Positions 30,815-39,629 of a DNA stretch of 64,000 nucleotides are shown here, one piece after another. The position numbers were made by a program, and so were the translations under genes. The stretch's first letter is position 1; each line of letters opens with the position of its first letter. The stretch covers positions 51,469 through 115,468 of IMG/VR virus record IMGVR_UViG_2645727839_000001, one strand, 5' to 3'. The notes beneath the pieces are model-generated. The model was given only the letters and a program-made list of their open reading frames with translations. It searched no databases and had not been told where the DNA came from. The stretch comes from a virus (lineage: Duplodnaviria > Caudoviricetes).

Positions 30815-30825
30815 GATACACCTTG

Positions 30826-32280
30826 CTATTTGTTAAACTGCACCTTCATTGCAGCGGCAACTTTATCTACTTTGCCTATACCTACAATGACCTGCACAGC
30901 GGTTTCGCTTAGTTTAACAACAGCCGTTGCACCAAGAGCTTTAACTGCGTCCTCATCAATAGCTTTTGATGATTTAACTGTTAAGCGAAGACGAGTAATG
31001 CAGTTATCGATTTCAACCAAATTATCATTGCCACCTAGAGCTTTAATGTAATTATCGGCTAAATCTTCAATACTGCCACCGTCTTCTTTATTCAAGTCTT
31101 CACCTCGACCTAGAGTCTTAAGGTTGAATTTCTTGATAGCAAAGCGGAATAGCACATAGTAAAGAACGAAGAATACTAAACCTTGAGCAATCAGCATGTA
31201 CCACTGAGTTGCTAGAGGGTTTTGTGTACCTAGTACGAAGTCAACGAAACCTGCTGAGAAACCGAAACCTGACATCCAACCCATGTGAGCTGAGATAAAT
31301 AGGCTTAAACCAGTTAGTACAGCGTGGATGAAGAACAGTACTGGCGCTAAGAACATGAACGAGAACTCAAGAGGTTCTGTGATGCCCGTAAAGAACGATG
31401 CAGCAGCAGCCGCAATCATTACAGAGAACACCTTCGTTTTGTTCTTCTTGTCTGCGCTATGGTAGATAGCTAGTGCAGCAGCAGGTAGACCGAACATCAT
31501 GATCGGGAAGAAACCTGCTTGGTACATACCAGTTACACCCGGTGTCGCTGTGCCGTTAGCAATAGACTGAGCACCACCTAAGAAGTTAGGGATGTCATTA
31601 ATGCCTACTACGTCAAACCAGAAAACAGGGTAAAGAGCGTGGTGCATACCGATAGATAGCATTAGACGGTTAAAGAAACCGAATAGACCAGCACCTACAG
31701 CACCCATATCTTGCAGAGCTGTACCTAATGTTAGAAGACCGCTGAATACAACTGGCCATACTGCCATTAGAACGAACGCTAGAATCATACCTGCAATAGA
31801 GGTCAGGATAGGAACGAGACGTTTGCCTGAGAAGAATGCTAGTGCTTTAGGTAGCTCGATGTGAGAAGTACGGTTGTAAATCTCAGCAGAGATAATACCG
31901 ACTACGATACCAACGAACTGGTTAGCAACCTTGTCAAACGCCATGTTTACGTTTTCGACAGGAATGCCTTGTAGTTGTGCGATTACACCTTTAGATAGAA
32001 GAGTTGTAACCACCAGCCACATAACAAAACCTGAAAGTGCAGCAGAACCGTCTTTGTCTTTTGACAGACCGAATGCAACACCAACAGCGAATAGAACTGC
32101 CATGTTATCAATGATAGCCCCGCCTGATTTAATAAGGAACGCAGCCAAAACACTGTTCGAACCCCAACCAGTTGGGTCTAACCAATAACCGACACCCATA
32201 AGAATAGCCGCAGCAGGAAGAGTAGCTACAGGCACCATAAGAGCCTTACCTACTTTCTGCATATACCCTAGTATATCCAT
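30826..32280 (-). CDS. nagE: PTS N-acetylglucosamine-specific EIICB
   Basis: Vibrio-type N-terminus QKVGKALMVPVATLPAAA, GITEPLEF, EIIB DNCITRLR with phospho-Cys. Confidence 0.9.
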   Translation of the reverse strand: MDILGYMQKVGKALMVPVATLPAAAILMGVGYWLDPTGWGSNSVLAAFLIKSGGAIIDNMAVLFAVGVAFGLSKDKDGSAALSGFVMWLVVTTLLSKGVIAQLQGIPVENVNMAFDKVANQFVGIVVGIISAEIYNRTSHIELPKALAFFSGKRLVPILTSIAGMILAFVLMAVWPVVFSGLLTLGTALQDMGAVGAGLFGFFNRLMLSIGMHHALYPVFWFDVVGINDIPNFLGGAQSIANGTATPGVTGMYQAGFFPIMMFGLPAAALAIYHSADKKNKTKVFSVMIAAAAASFFTGITEPLEFSFMFLAPVLFFIHAVLTGLSLFISAHMGWMSGFGFSAGFVDFVLGTQNPLATQWYMLIAQGLVFFVLYYVLFRFAIKKFNLKTLGRGEDLNKEDGGSIEDLADNYIKALGGNDNLVEIDNCITRLRLTVKSSKAIDEDAVKALGATAVVKLSETAVQVIVGIGKVDKVAAAMKVQFNK

Positions 32281-32536
32281 CTTTTACTCCAAATTTTTAA
32301 AGAACAATTTTTTAAGCTTGGGAAGAGAGAAGGGGGAACAACTCTCTTCCCCGAAAGGACGCTACCCCTTTCTGTATTAAGCAGTGACTAGCTACTTAAT
32401 AGATTGCTAATTTAACTTTCAGATCTAGGGCAAACAATGCTACTCAAAGCTAACGCCTTAAGAGTCATAAGCACAGATTAAATAAAGTGTCTACTTAAGC
32501 TATATTTATAAAAACTTGCTTGCCGCTTACTAAAAA

Positions 32537-32597
32537 CTTAATTTGCGTTGCGTAGTATAAGAGTCAGAACCAGTGAACTCAACGAACCTAGATCACA
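32537..32597 (-). promoter_or_regulatory. nagE promoter: -10 TATACT, -35 TTGAGT, CRP-like site at about -41.5, NagC-like operator
   Basis: -10 32554-32559; -35 32577-32582 (17 bp spacing); TGTGATCTAGGTTCGT 32582-32597; CTTAATTTGCGTTGCGTAGTATA 32537-32559. Confidence 0.6.
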
Positions 32598-32619
32598 ATT
32601 CCTGACTCTTACTAGGGTT

Positions 32620-33699
32620 TTATATCATTAAATTTAGTCTTATCTTAGCCATCGTGAGCGAGTTCACTGGTTCTGACCTATAAAACGCCAGTCTTACTTC
32701 ATCTTTCGAAATTTCATTCGGGTCTTTTCCGTCTGGTAATCTAGCTAAACGGACATCAAAACCAAAACTTCTCAAATGCAATGCTTGTTTACATGCAGCC
32801 TTGATAGCTGACGGTTCTCCATCCCACATAAAGGTGACAGTTCGCAAGCCTTTCTGTTTTAGGTCGAACAACTGAGTGAGCTGACATCCTTTCTCGCCAT
32901 CTGTAGACAGAGACTTACCAAATGACCCCACCACACCTACGCTATTCAATGTCGAATCATCTTCGAACGCCATAATTACAGCCGCCACGTCGAATGCGCC
33001 CTCTGCAATTACAATACTCTCCAAGCCTATTACGTTATGAGCGTTGTACAGGTACTTACCAGTACCAGCTAAGCCAGGGGGGAATAGATATTTCTTATCT
33101 GACCTATTTGTGATGTCGCGACCTTGAAACGTGACAAGATCACCTGTCATGTCAAAAATAGGAATAATGATCCGATTGTCATACACCTGATACCGGTCTT
33201 TCTCAAACAAGGTGTAATCGAATCGACCTGATTTACAGAATCGTAAGCCCAAATACTCTGTCACCTCGAGAGATATGTTTCGGTCAGAGAGATATTTGAG
33301 GTTCTTGCCTTTGATTGGAAGAGGAAAGGATTTTGGAAGCTTAACGCTTGTTTGGAGGTTTGTTGCTCGAGCTTTTTTCTTTACTGGAATCCAGCCAGTT
33401 AACTCGATGTACTTCTCTAGCTCTTGATAGGCGGCCTTGCCATTACCGAGTAGATGTTTGGCAAAGGTGAATAGGTTAAAGCCCGGTTCACCAACACATG
33501 AGCCGTGAAAGCAATTGCCAAGCCCAGTATCTATGCCTAAATAGACTTTCCAAGAGTTACCCCCACAACGGGGGCACTCCTTAATGTTAGCCTGAACGCC
33601 AGAGCTGCCTTGTGCGATTCTCATATCTACGCCTAAGTGCGATAGAAAATCCTCTACATCGACCTGCTCTAGCATTTCTTTTAATTCGCTATGAGCCAT
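32620..33699 (-). CDS. DNA primase (Zn-binding + TOPRIM)
   Basis: CPRC..CFHGSC, QGRDI, EGAFD, WDGE, KDPNE. Confidence 0.9.
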   Translation of the reverse strand: MAHSELKEMLEQVDVEDFLSHLGVDMRIAQGSSGVQANIKECPRCGGNSWKVYLGIDTGLGNCFHGSCVGEPGFNLFTFAKHLLGNGKAAYQELEKYIELTGWIPVKKKARATNLQTSVKLPKSFPLPIKGKNLKYLSDRNISLEVTEYLGLRFCKSGRFDYTLFEKDRYQVYDNRIIIPIFDMTGDLVTFQGRDITNRSDKKYLFPPGLAGTGKYLYNAHNVIGLESIVIAEGAFDVAAVIMAFEDDSTLNSVGVVGSFGKSLSTDGEKGCQLTQLFDLKQKGLRTVTFMWDGEPSAIKAACKQALHLRSFGFDVRLARLPDGKDPNEISKDEVRLAFYRSEPVNSLTMAKIRLNLMI

Positions 33700-33862
33700 T
33701 ATCTTTCCATACTCTATGAAGCCAGATAAAAGTCAGTGCGCAGATAATCGAACCAATAGCGACAGCACTTCTCTTAGTGTCGCCTAGTGCGCCCAGACCA
33801 AATGTAACCAATTGAGCGATTAGTGAGATCGCTATAATTCGTACCGTCTTCTGGATATTCAT
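33689..33862 (-). CDS. small two-TM membrane protein
   Basis: MNIQK start behind ACACAAAGAG leader; two hydrophobic segments. Confidence 0.65.
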   Translation of the reverse strand: MNIQKTVRIIAISLIAQLVTFGLGALGDTKRSAVAIGSIICALTFIWLHRVWKDNGS

Positions 33863-33879
33863 GTGATTCTCTTTGTGTG

Positions 33880-33895
33880 TAGTCACTGGTGACTT
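33880..33895. promoter_or_regulatory. 16-bp operator-like site
   Basis: TAGTCACTGGTGACTT. Confidence 0.7.
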
Positions 33896-33907
33896 ATGTG
33901 TTTACTA

Positions 33908-35401
33908 CTAGCAAATATCTATAACCCCGTCGATGAAGCTCATCTTGTCGAGGGTTTGTTTAATCCGAACTGAGAATTCACCTGATTGGTTACGACTGGC
34001 TGCAAAGTACAGTCGAGCCTCACCTTTGTCTCGTTCTTCGTCAGTACGGTTAATTGAAAGCACAAGGTCGGCAATTCGAATCTTGTTAAAGTCTTCTGCC
34101 ACGTCTTCTGCTTTAGCGGTTGTGTTCTTGAAGCCAGAACGGTTCGTCTGAGTAGCGGTAAGCATTGCGCAGTTTTCCACCTGAGCAATCGCACGCAAAC
34201 CCAACCAAATCTGTTTGCTGTTTTCAATCTCACTTTGGGTCATGTAATCAGGGGCCATGATGTCGGCATAGTCTACGATGATTACATCGAACTTAATACC
34301 TTCTCCGCGATACCTTTCAATTACACGCTTAAGCTCCTTACAAGTAAGCGTACCCGATGGGAATTCACAAATCTTGAACTCACCAGCCATAGTACGTTTG
34401 GCGCGAATCTCGTCTCGAATAGAAACTAGGTTCTCGTCTAAGTCGCCCATCGATGTTTTTGTTACGTTGGCATCAAGACGATCCGAGATGATCGCGTGTG
34501 ATACCTCGAGCGTTGCGTAAAGAACGTTGTAACCCTGCAAGCTGAAAGCCATACCGAAGTGGCCCAGACCCATAGACTTACCTTTCTTAGCACCACCCAT
34601 GATGACACTAAGCTCTTTACGGCCTACGCCTTTGTGATAAAGCAGATCATCAATCTTCTTGTTGCCTGTCGGGATACCGGTTGGCTTAATTAGACCGCTT
34701 ACCTTATCTTTTCGTCGTTCGGTACGCTCATCGATGTCAGCCCAGTAATCCAATTCTTCATACGAGCGAGTGACACCCATATTGAATGCTTTGGTAAAGT
34801 TCGATTCGATAGCATCAAAGTCGCCACGTTCAGCGTTGTCTATTGCTGAGTGGATAGCTTTCATGATCTCCTGTTTTTTACAGAAGTCAGCTACACGGTC
34901 GAGCACGAAGTCTGAGTTAGACAGGCTCTCTCGCTTGATTGAACGCCACTTGTCGATGACACCACGTTTAGCTTCTTCTCTAATGATTCGATGGTTAATC
35001 GCATCTTTTAGAATTTCTGTCCAAACTGAGCCATCACCGCTAGGTAACTGCGCGTACTTATCAAAGTGTTTTTGAGCTAAACCAACTAGCATTGCTTCAT
35101 TGTAGTTCTCGAAATGATGAGGTTTGATCATGCCGTCTACTCGACGCATGAAATTCTCATCACGAATCATCAATGCCGCAATCTTAGTTTGGAAGTCCTC
35201 TGCGAAATCGAAGGGGAGCTCCTTTGGTTTCTCTTCAGGTTTGATAACCGGAGCAGGGTGTTTCTCTTCCTTGCCTACTCCACCCATCATCATTGCCCCA
35301 ACGTCTTCCGCCACTGATTTCTCAGTGGCAACTTTTGGTTTGGGTTTTGATGTGGCAATTTTTGCCCGAACTGCTGCTATAGCATCTGGTTCTCTATCCA
35401 T
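33908..35401 (-). CDS. dnaB: DnaB-like replicative helicase
   Basis: GGAKKGKS Walker A, TLEVS, IVDYAD, TATQTNR. Confidence 0.9.
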   Translation of the reverse strand: MDREPDAIAAVRAKIATSKPKPKVATEKSVAEDVGAMMMGGVGKEEKHPAPVIKPEEKPKELPFDFAEDFQTKIAALMIRDENFMRRVDGMIKPHHFENYNEAMLVGLAQKHFDKYAQLPSGDGSVWTEILKDAINHRIIREEAKRGVIDKWRSIKRESLSNSDFVLDRVADFCKKQEIMKAIHSAIDNAERGDFDAIESNFTKAFNMGVTRSYEELDYWADIDERTERRKDKVSGLIKPTGIPTGNKKIDDLLYHKGVGRKELSVIMGGAKKGKSMGLGHFGMAFSLQGYNVLYATLEVSHAIISDRLDANVTKTSMGDLDENLVSIRDEIRAKRTMAGEFKICEFPSGTLTCKELKRVIERYRGEGIKFDVIIVDYADIMAPDYMTQSEIENSKQIWLGLRAIAQVENCAMLTATQTNRSGFKNTTAKAEDVAEDFNKIRIADLVLSINRTDEERDKGEARLYFAASRNQSGEFSVRIKQTLDKMSFIDGVIDIC

Positions 35402-35413
35402 GATTGCTCCTTA

Positions 35414-35704
35414 CTATTGAGCAACTTCGTTATAACCAAGCAGCGAGCTTTTGAAGACCGTAAATGGGGTAGGTTTTCCGATCTCTACGGTGATGGTGAA
35501 AGCATCGTAACTTTTAAGCTTACCCTTAATCACAAGGCCAGAGTTGGCATGAAGTTCAATGTCTGCTTCGCGACGAAGTAGATCTAGCAGGTGAGCATCG
35601 TGACCACGAATGCCTTGCTTCTTACGTTCCTGACTTCCGTAGTTCTTATGAGCACCTTTGCCCTTGTGGTTCTGAGGAAGGCGACGGTTATTTTTGTTAT
35701 CCAT
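35414..35704 (-). CDS. hfq: Hfq/Sm-like RNA chaperone
   Basis: HDAHLLDLLRRE..IELHANSGLVIKGKLKSYDAFTI..VFKSSL parallels Hfq [40 protein letters not shown]. Confidence 0.75.
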   Translation of the reverse strand: MDNKNNRRLPQNHKGKGAHKNYGSQERKKQGIRGHDAHLLDLLRREADIELHANSGLVIKGKLKSYDAFTITVEIGKPTPFTVFKSSLLGYNEVAQ

Positions 35705-35762
35705 TTTCTTATCTCTTTATGCGTGAAACATTAATAATAAACTTAAGTAAGTGGTGACTGAA

Positions 35763-36461
35763 CTATTCAGCTAAAATTTTCGCTCGAGCGACGGCTTTTT
35801 CACCGAACTGTTGAATCGCTTCTGTATGCTTCAACATTGGGTTTTCGTAAACGTATGCAGCTAACGAGAACTCTGGTCGAGAACTACGCTGTATCTGTCG
35901 CATGAGCGATATACGGTGTGCTCTCTGATAAGGGTGCTCAACGTTATTCTCGATCTGGTAAAAATCATCAGTGCTGACAAGTAGGTTCACCTGTCGCCAC
36001 TCGTTCCACCTGGTCAAGATGAACTCCACCATAGAAATGGCAGACCACGTTTCTGATTCTGCTTTTACCGATTCCGAATACAAGTGACACGGCTTAGGTG
36101 GATATGGCCAACAACAAAGATCGGCATATTCCATAGCTCTGTGGCACCAGAACTCGTATGGCACACCATGTTTGTCGGCTATCTTTCTAGCTTTCCATAA
36201 CCCGGTGATTGTTGTCTTTGACTCAAGCAGCAAGTCACCTTTCTTTAGAACCCTAGCGTTCATACCTATGTAAATGTCGATCTGCTTTTTTAAAGCTGAC
36301 TTCATTGCTTTTACATACGCATCAGCAAAAACTCTGGTTGCTTCAAGTGGGTGCATTAGCCTGTAGTCCCACCACTTTGACTTGTACAGGTCAGCTTCGC
36401 CATCTAAGAGGGCAGGGCTGACAGTAATGATTGTTAGGTGATCTAGTTCCGCACTGTTCAT
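35763..36461 (-). CDS. hypothetical protein heading the helicase/primase operon (initiator or loader?)
   Basis: 232 aa ORF; position only. Confidence 0.7.
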   Translation of the reverse strand: MNSAELDHLTIITVSPALLDGEADLYKSKWWDYRLMHPLEATRVFADAYVKAMKSALKKQIDIYIGMNARVLKKGDLLLESKTTITGLWKARKIADKHGVPYEFWCHRAMEYADLCCWPYPPKPCHLYSESVKAESETWSAISMVEFILTRWNEWRQVNLLVSTDDFYQIENNVEHPYQRAHRISLMRQIQRSSRPEFSLAAYVYENPMLKHTEAIQQFGEKAVARAKILAE

Positions 36462-36552
36462 TAGTTAAGTCAGTAGTGAGTGATGTTGATATCTTATAGA
36501 TAGTAGAGTGGTAATGAAAGAGAAGCTGATCTTAATACCGCGTTATATTTCT

Positions 36553-36651
36553 TGGACTAGGAGAGGGTAAAAATACGTTCTGTATAATATATATCTATCT
36601 TTGATAGATATATTAATATAAGGGACTGCGGAAAAACCCTCTCCTAATCCA
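36553..36651. repeat. long interrupted inverted repeat with AT-rich core
   Basis: TGGACTAGGAGAGGGT ... ATATATCTATC-TTT-GATAGATATAT ... ACCCTCTCCTAATCCA. Confidence 0.8.
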
Positions 36652-36772
36652 TACTTTAATTTTCTCCGTGAAAAAATATTTGCATTGCCTCATTCTCATC
36701 GTTTAGAGTAAGTCACTGCTGACTGATTCATATAGTGAGCTTGCACTGTATACACACACACAAAGAGAAACG

Positions 36773-37117
36773 ATGGTGAGAACTCGAAGCATACCTCAAG
36801 AAGAATTGATAAAGCTTTACGAGTATGAACGTTCATTATCAAGAAGGCTGCTCGGCTTGGGCGAGAAAATTAAGGTCGCCAGAGAAGCTAATCGATACTC
36901 GCAAGAAACAATCGCGGAATGCTTGAACGTATCACGCTCCACAGTTAGCGCAATCGAAAGAGGTAAGAGCACTCCTTCTTTGGCGTTATTGTTAAAGATA
37001 TCGTACATAACCAATCGTCCACTTGATTGGTTCTTCGATAGAAACATAGATCCCTTAGCGGGGATCAAGTCAATCAAGCTAAACCTGAACAACGGACTCT
37101 ACGAAATAGAGTACTAG
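36773..37117 (+). CDS. XRE-family HTH regulator
   Basis: LGEKIKVARE...SQETIAECLNVSRSTVSAIERG. Confidence 0.9.
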   Translation: MVRTRSIPQEELIKLYEYERSLSRRLLGLGEKIKVAREANRYSQETIAECLNVSRSTVSAIERGKSTPSLALLLKISYITNRPLDWFFDRNIDPLAGIKSIKLNLNNGLYEIEY

Positions 37118-37143
37118 CGTCTTACTACACAAAGAGAAACACT

Positions 37144-37677
37144 ATGGCACTACCACACATTTTACTTTCTGAACTAGAGAAGAAGAGTCAGACAGGCTAC
37201 GACATAAGCTGTATTTTGATTCGCACACCTCACGGGCGTTATTGGCGAGCTAGCCACCAGCAAATTTATCGAGATCTAAACAAGATGCTCGAAAATAAAC
37301 TGGTAACAGTAAGGCTAGTACCGCAAGTAGGTAAACCTGACCGTAAGATTTATTCAATTACCAAGCTAGGGAGGGTTGAACTAAGTGAATGGCTAAGTTC
37401 ACCACCTGAATTGCCTACGTTCCGAGATGAAATGGCCTCTCGAATTATGGCTGCGAAAGGTGAGGACATACCGGGTTTGATTGAATCACTTCTCGAAATG
37501 GAAAACGAGTGCGAAAAGTACCTAGATGTAGTCACAGAAAATCGTAAAATGATCGACGAAGCCGACATTTCCAAGTTTGAAAAGACAAAATTCAAAATCA
37601 TGTTTAACCGAGCAGAAGAGCACTGGTTAAGTTTTTATAACTGGTCAGTAGAAACTCGCCAATTACTGGTGTTGTAG
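37144..37677 (+). CDS. aphA: PadR-family regulator, AphA-like
   Basis: LPH..L..L....TGYDI, W.ASHQQIYR.LNKM, PQ.GKPDRK.YSIT, PT.RDE as in Vibrio AphA. Confidence 0.85.
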   Translation: MALPHILLSELEKKSQTGYDISCILIRTPHGRYWRASHQQIYRDLNKMLENKLVTVRLVPQVGKPDRKIYSITKLGRVELSEWLSSPPELPTFRDEMASRIMAAKGEDIPGLIESLLEMENECEKYLDVVTENRKMIDEADISKFEKTKFKIMFNRAEEHWLSFYNWSVETRQLLVL

Positions 37678-37687
37678 GAGAAATAAA

Positions 37688-37789
37688 ATGCGAATTGATA
37701 AAGGCTTCATCTACTACTTCGGCTGGGCTGCACTCTTGGGAATGGGTGCTCCGTTTATTGTTTTATACCTAGCTGTCAATGGCGGCTAA
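37688..37789 (+). CDS. 33-aa single-pass membrane peptide (absent from ORF track)
   Basis: AGGAG RBS; MRIDKGFIYYFGWAALLGMGAPFIVLYLAVNGG. Confidence 0.6.
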   Translation: MRIDKGFIYYFGWAALLGMGAPFIVLYLAVNGG

Positions 37790-37831
37790 TCACTAGAAAG
37801 GAAGGTGGGCGAAAGTCCACCTTGATATGTT

Positions 37832-38542
37832 ATGCACAAAGAGAAAATCACTATCGAGGTTGGCAACCTCCGTATCAACGCACTGGTTGATTCACAATTA
37901 ACAGCTATCACTAAGCTAGGCCAAATCACTGACGTAGAAATCAGTGAGCACCATGAAATCCACAATGTTCTAACCAAAATTGTGCGCTCGAAGATTCCAG
38001 AAGAGCTATTGCCACCAACGCAAAAGCAACTTAATTACGCCAATAACATTGCCAAAGATTTACGAATCGAACTGCCAGAGAAAGCAAAGCGTCGTCAATT
38101 AGAATGCGAGATGTTTCTAAACAAACACGCAGCTATCCATAGCAACCAAGTTACGTTCAAATGCATGATCAAAGATATAATCAAGCCATATTTACCTCGA
38201 GCGAGAAAGATAGCTAAAGGTGCTACGGCTATCGACATGCTAGAGGAAGGTAAAACCGAAGACCAAGTTCGTAAACATTTTGATGTTGTTAATTGGAGAA
38301 CGGTTGAGAACTACATCTTAGCGTTTAAAGCATTTGACCCAACGGGCCTGAGCGAAGAGACGGCAAACATCGGCTTTCTATCTGTTCTAATTAAAAGCGG
38401 TCTAGTTCCCGAAGAGCATTTGGCGTGGGATCTTGCTCAGATGAACCCAAATCTGAGTGGCGAAACAGATTTCCAAATCTTTAATCCTAAAGTTTTGACG
38501 ACTCAGATCATGACGGACTGCTGTGATATCAAGATGCACTAG
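37832..38542 (+). CDS. hypothetical protein
   Basis: 236 aa; PPTQKQLNYA..IA..L.IELP motif. Confidence 0.7.
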   Translation: MHKEKITIEVGNLRINALVDSQLTAITKLGQITDVEISEHHEIHNVLTKIVRSKIPEELLPPTQKQLNYANNIAKDLRIELPEKAKRRQLECEMFLNKHAAIHSNQVTFKCMIKDIIKPYLPRARKIAKGATAIDMLEEGKTEDQVRKHFDVVNWRTVENYILAFKAFDPTGLSEETANIGFLSVLIKSGLVPEEHLAWDLAQMNPNLSGETDFQIFNPKVLTTQIMTDCCDIKMH

Positions 38543-38587
38543 TAGACTACGTATTATCATTATTATGTTAAATATCAAGCACTTAAG

Positions 38588-38947
38588 ATGATTTCTTATA
38601 TTTTAATTGGCAAGAATCCAGTCGCTATCACTCAAGATCAACACCTTGAGTGGGGGCGATGGATGCAGCATCAACCAAGACATGTTGCGTACACAAAGAT
38701 ACCGGCTAAAAAGCCTTTGCGTAAAGGCAACCCTAGAATGCTTAAGCTATTGAACCTAATACGTACTCAGGATGTCGTAGTTAGCACAGTATTTCTAGGT
38801 TTAGATCACCGTCACTTTGGCGAGGGACATCCTATCCTCTTTGAAACAATGATATTCGGAGGCAAGGATAACGATGCTCAATGGCGTTATTGTGATTGGG
38901 ATACCGCAGCTGGTCATCATGCTCACCTTATAGATAAAATGCAGTAA
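38588..38947 (+). CDS. hypothetical phage protein
   Basis: VSTVFLGLDH..PILFETMIFGG; followed by terminator at 38951-38978. Confidence 0.7.
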   Translation: MISYILIGKNPVAITQDQHLEWGRWMQHQPRHVAYTKIPAKKPLRKGNPRMLKLLNLIRTQDVVVSTVFLGLDHRHFGEGHPILFETMIFGGKDNDAQWRYCDWDTAAGHHAHLIDKMQ

Positions 38948-38991
38948 GACAAAGTCCCTCAATAGAGGGGCTTTTTTTATGTTCTGAACGT

Positions 38992-39025
38992 CTTAAGGCT
39001 AATGTATGCATACGTTAGCCTTAAG
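38992..39025. repeat. 34-bp near-perfect palindrome
   Basis: CTTAAGGCTAATGTATG|CATACGTTAGCCTTAAG, one mismatch. Confidence 0.85.
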
Positions 39026-39036
39026 GGGTGGGACTT

Positions 39037-39489
39037 CTACTTGCCCCCAATAGCCTTTTGGTATTCGCTTTGAACAATACGGATATCACTTAAGGTTTCC
39101 TTCCAATATTCATTAGCCTGTTCGCGATAGGCTAACGTCATTTGAACAACAACCTCTTCGTTATTCGAATTGCTTTTCCTTTCACGACCTGCCGTTCCAA
39201 ACACGCCTACTAGAATCTTCTGGCTTCCAGTTCTGGCAAATAGGTTCACGCAAAGTTTTCTGGCTAAGCCGGGTGTCATATCCAGATTTCTATCGATGGT
39301 CATGTTGAGAATAAACGAAACCATTCGGCTTGTTTTGTATCGCTTAACTGCTGCTGAGAGGCGAGCTGCCCTTTGAGGTAATTCCCAAAACTCCGTATCA
39401 AATAGCTCTATCTCTTCCATGTAATCAGAGCGGAGATTGTCTAAAGAATATCGGTATTGTTCGGTGAACTTTTGGTGTGCGCTATCCAT
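39037..39489 (-). CDS. hypothetical protein flanked by related palindromes
   Basis: ORF 39037..39528; downstream ATG (39489 or 39501) preferred because upstream part is the palindrome. Confidence 0.7.
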   Translation of the reverse strand: MDSAHQKFTEQYRYSLDNLRSDYMEEIELFDTEFWELPQRAARLSAAVKRYKTSRMVSFILNMTIDRNLDMTPGLARKLCVNLFARTGSQKILVGVFGTAGRERKSNSNNEEVVVQMTLAYREQANEYWKETLSDIRIVQSEYQKAIGGK

Positions 39490-39502
39490 GTCATACCCCA
39501 TC

Positions 39503-39534
39503 AGGTTAATGTAAGCATACGTTAGCATTAACCT
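39503..39534. repeat. second palindromic site sharing a 20-bp core with 38992-39025
   Basis: AGGTTAATGTAAGCATACGTTAGCATTAACCT. Confidence 0.8.
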
Positions 39535-39629
39535 AGCGGAATATACAACTGATAGACGTAAAAAAGCCCCTACTAAGAGAGGCTTTAATTTTAACTAGCT
39601 AGTAATCATTTGCTGACATACTAAACCTT

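Noticed and set aside
32420-32470. c-di-GMP-I riboswitch (AGGGCAAAC)
   Set aside because: Wrong strand for nagE, and the downstream GAAA tetraloop and P3 elements are not evident
36746-36761. LexA box upstream of the XRE gene (CTGTATACACACACAC)
   Set aside because: The right half ends CAC rather than the conserved CAG, and the CA run is explained by the leader motif
38992-39025. loxP or protelomerase tel site
   Set aside because: It is 34 bp and contains ATGTATGC, but the arms do not match loxP and the centre is symmetric; no recombinase or protelomerase gene is in the window
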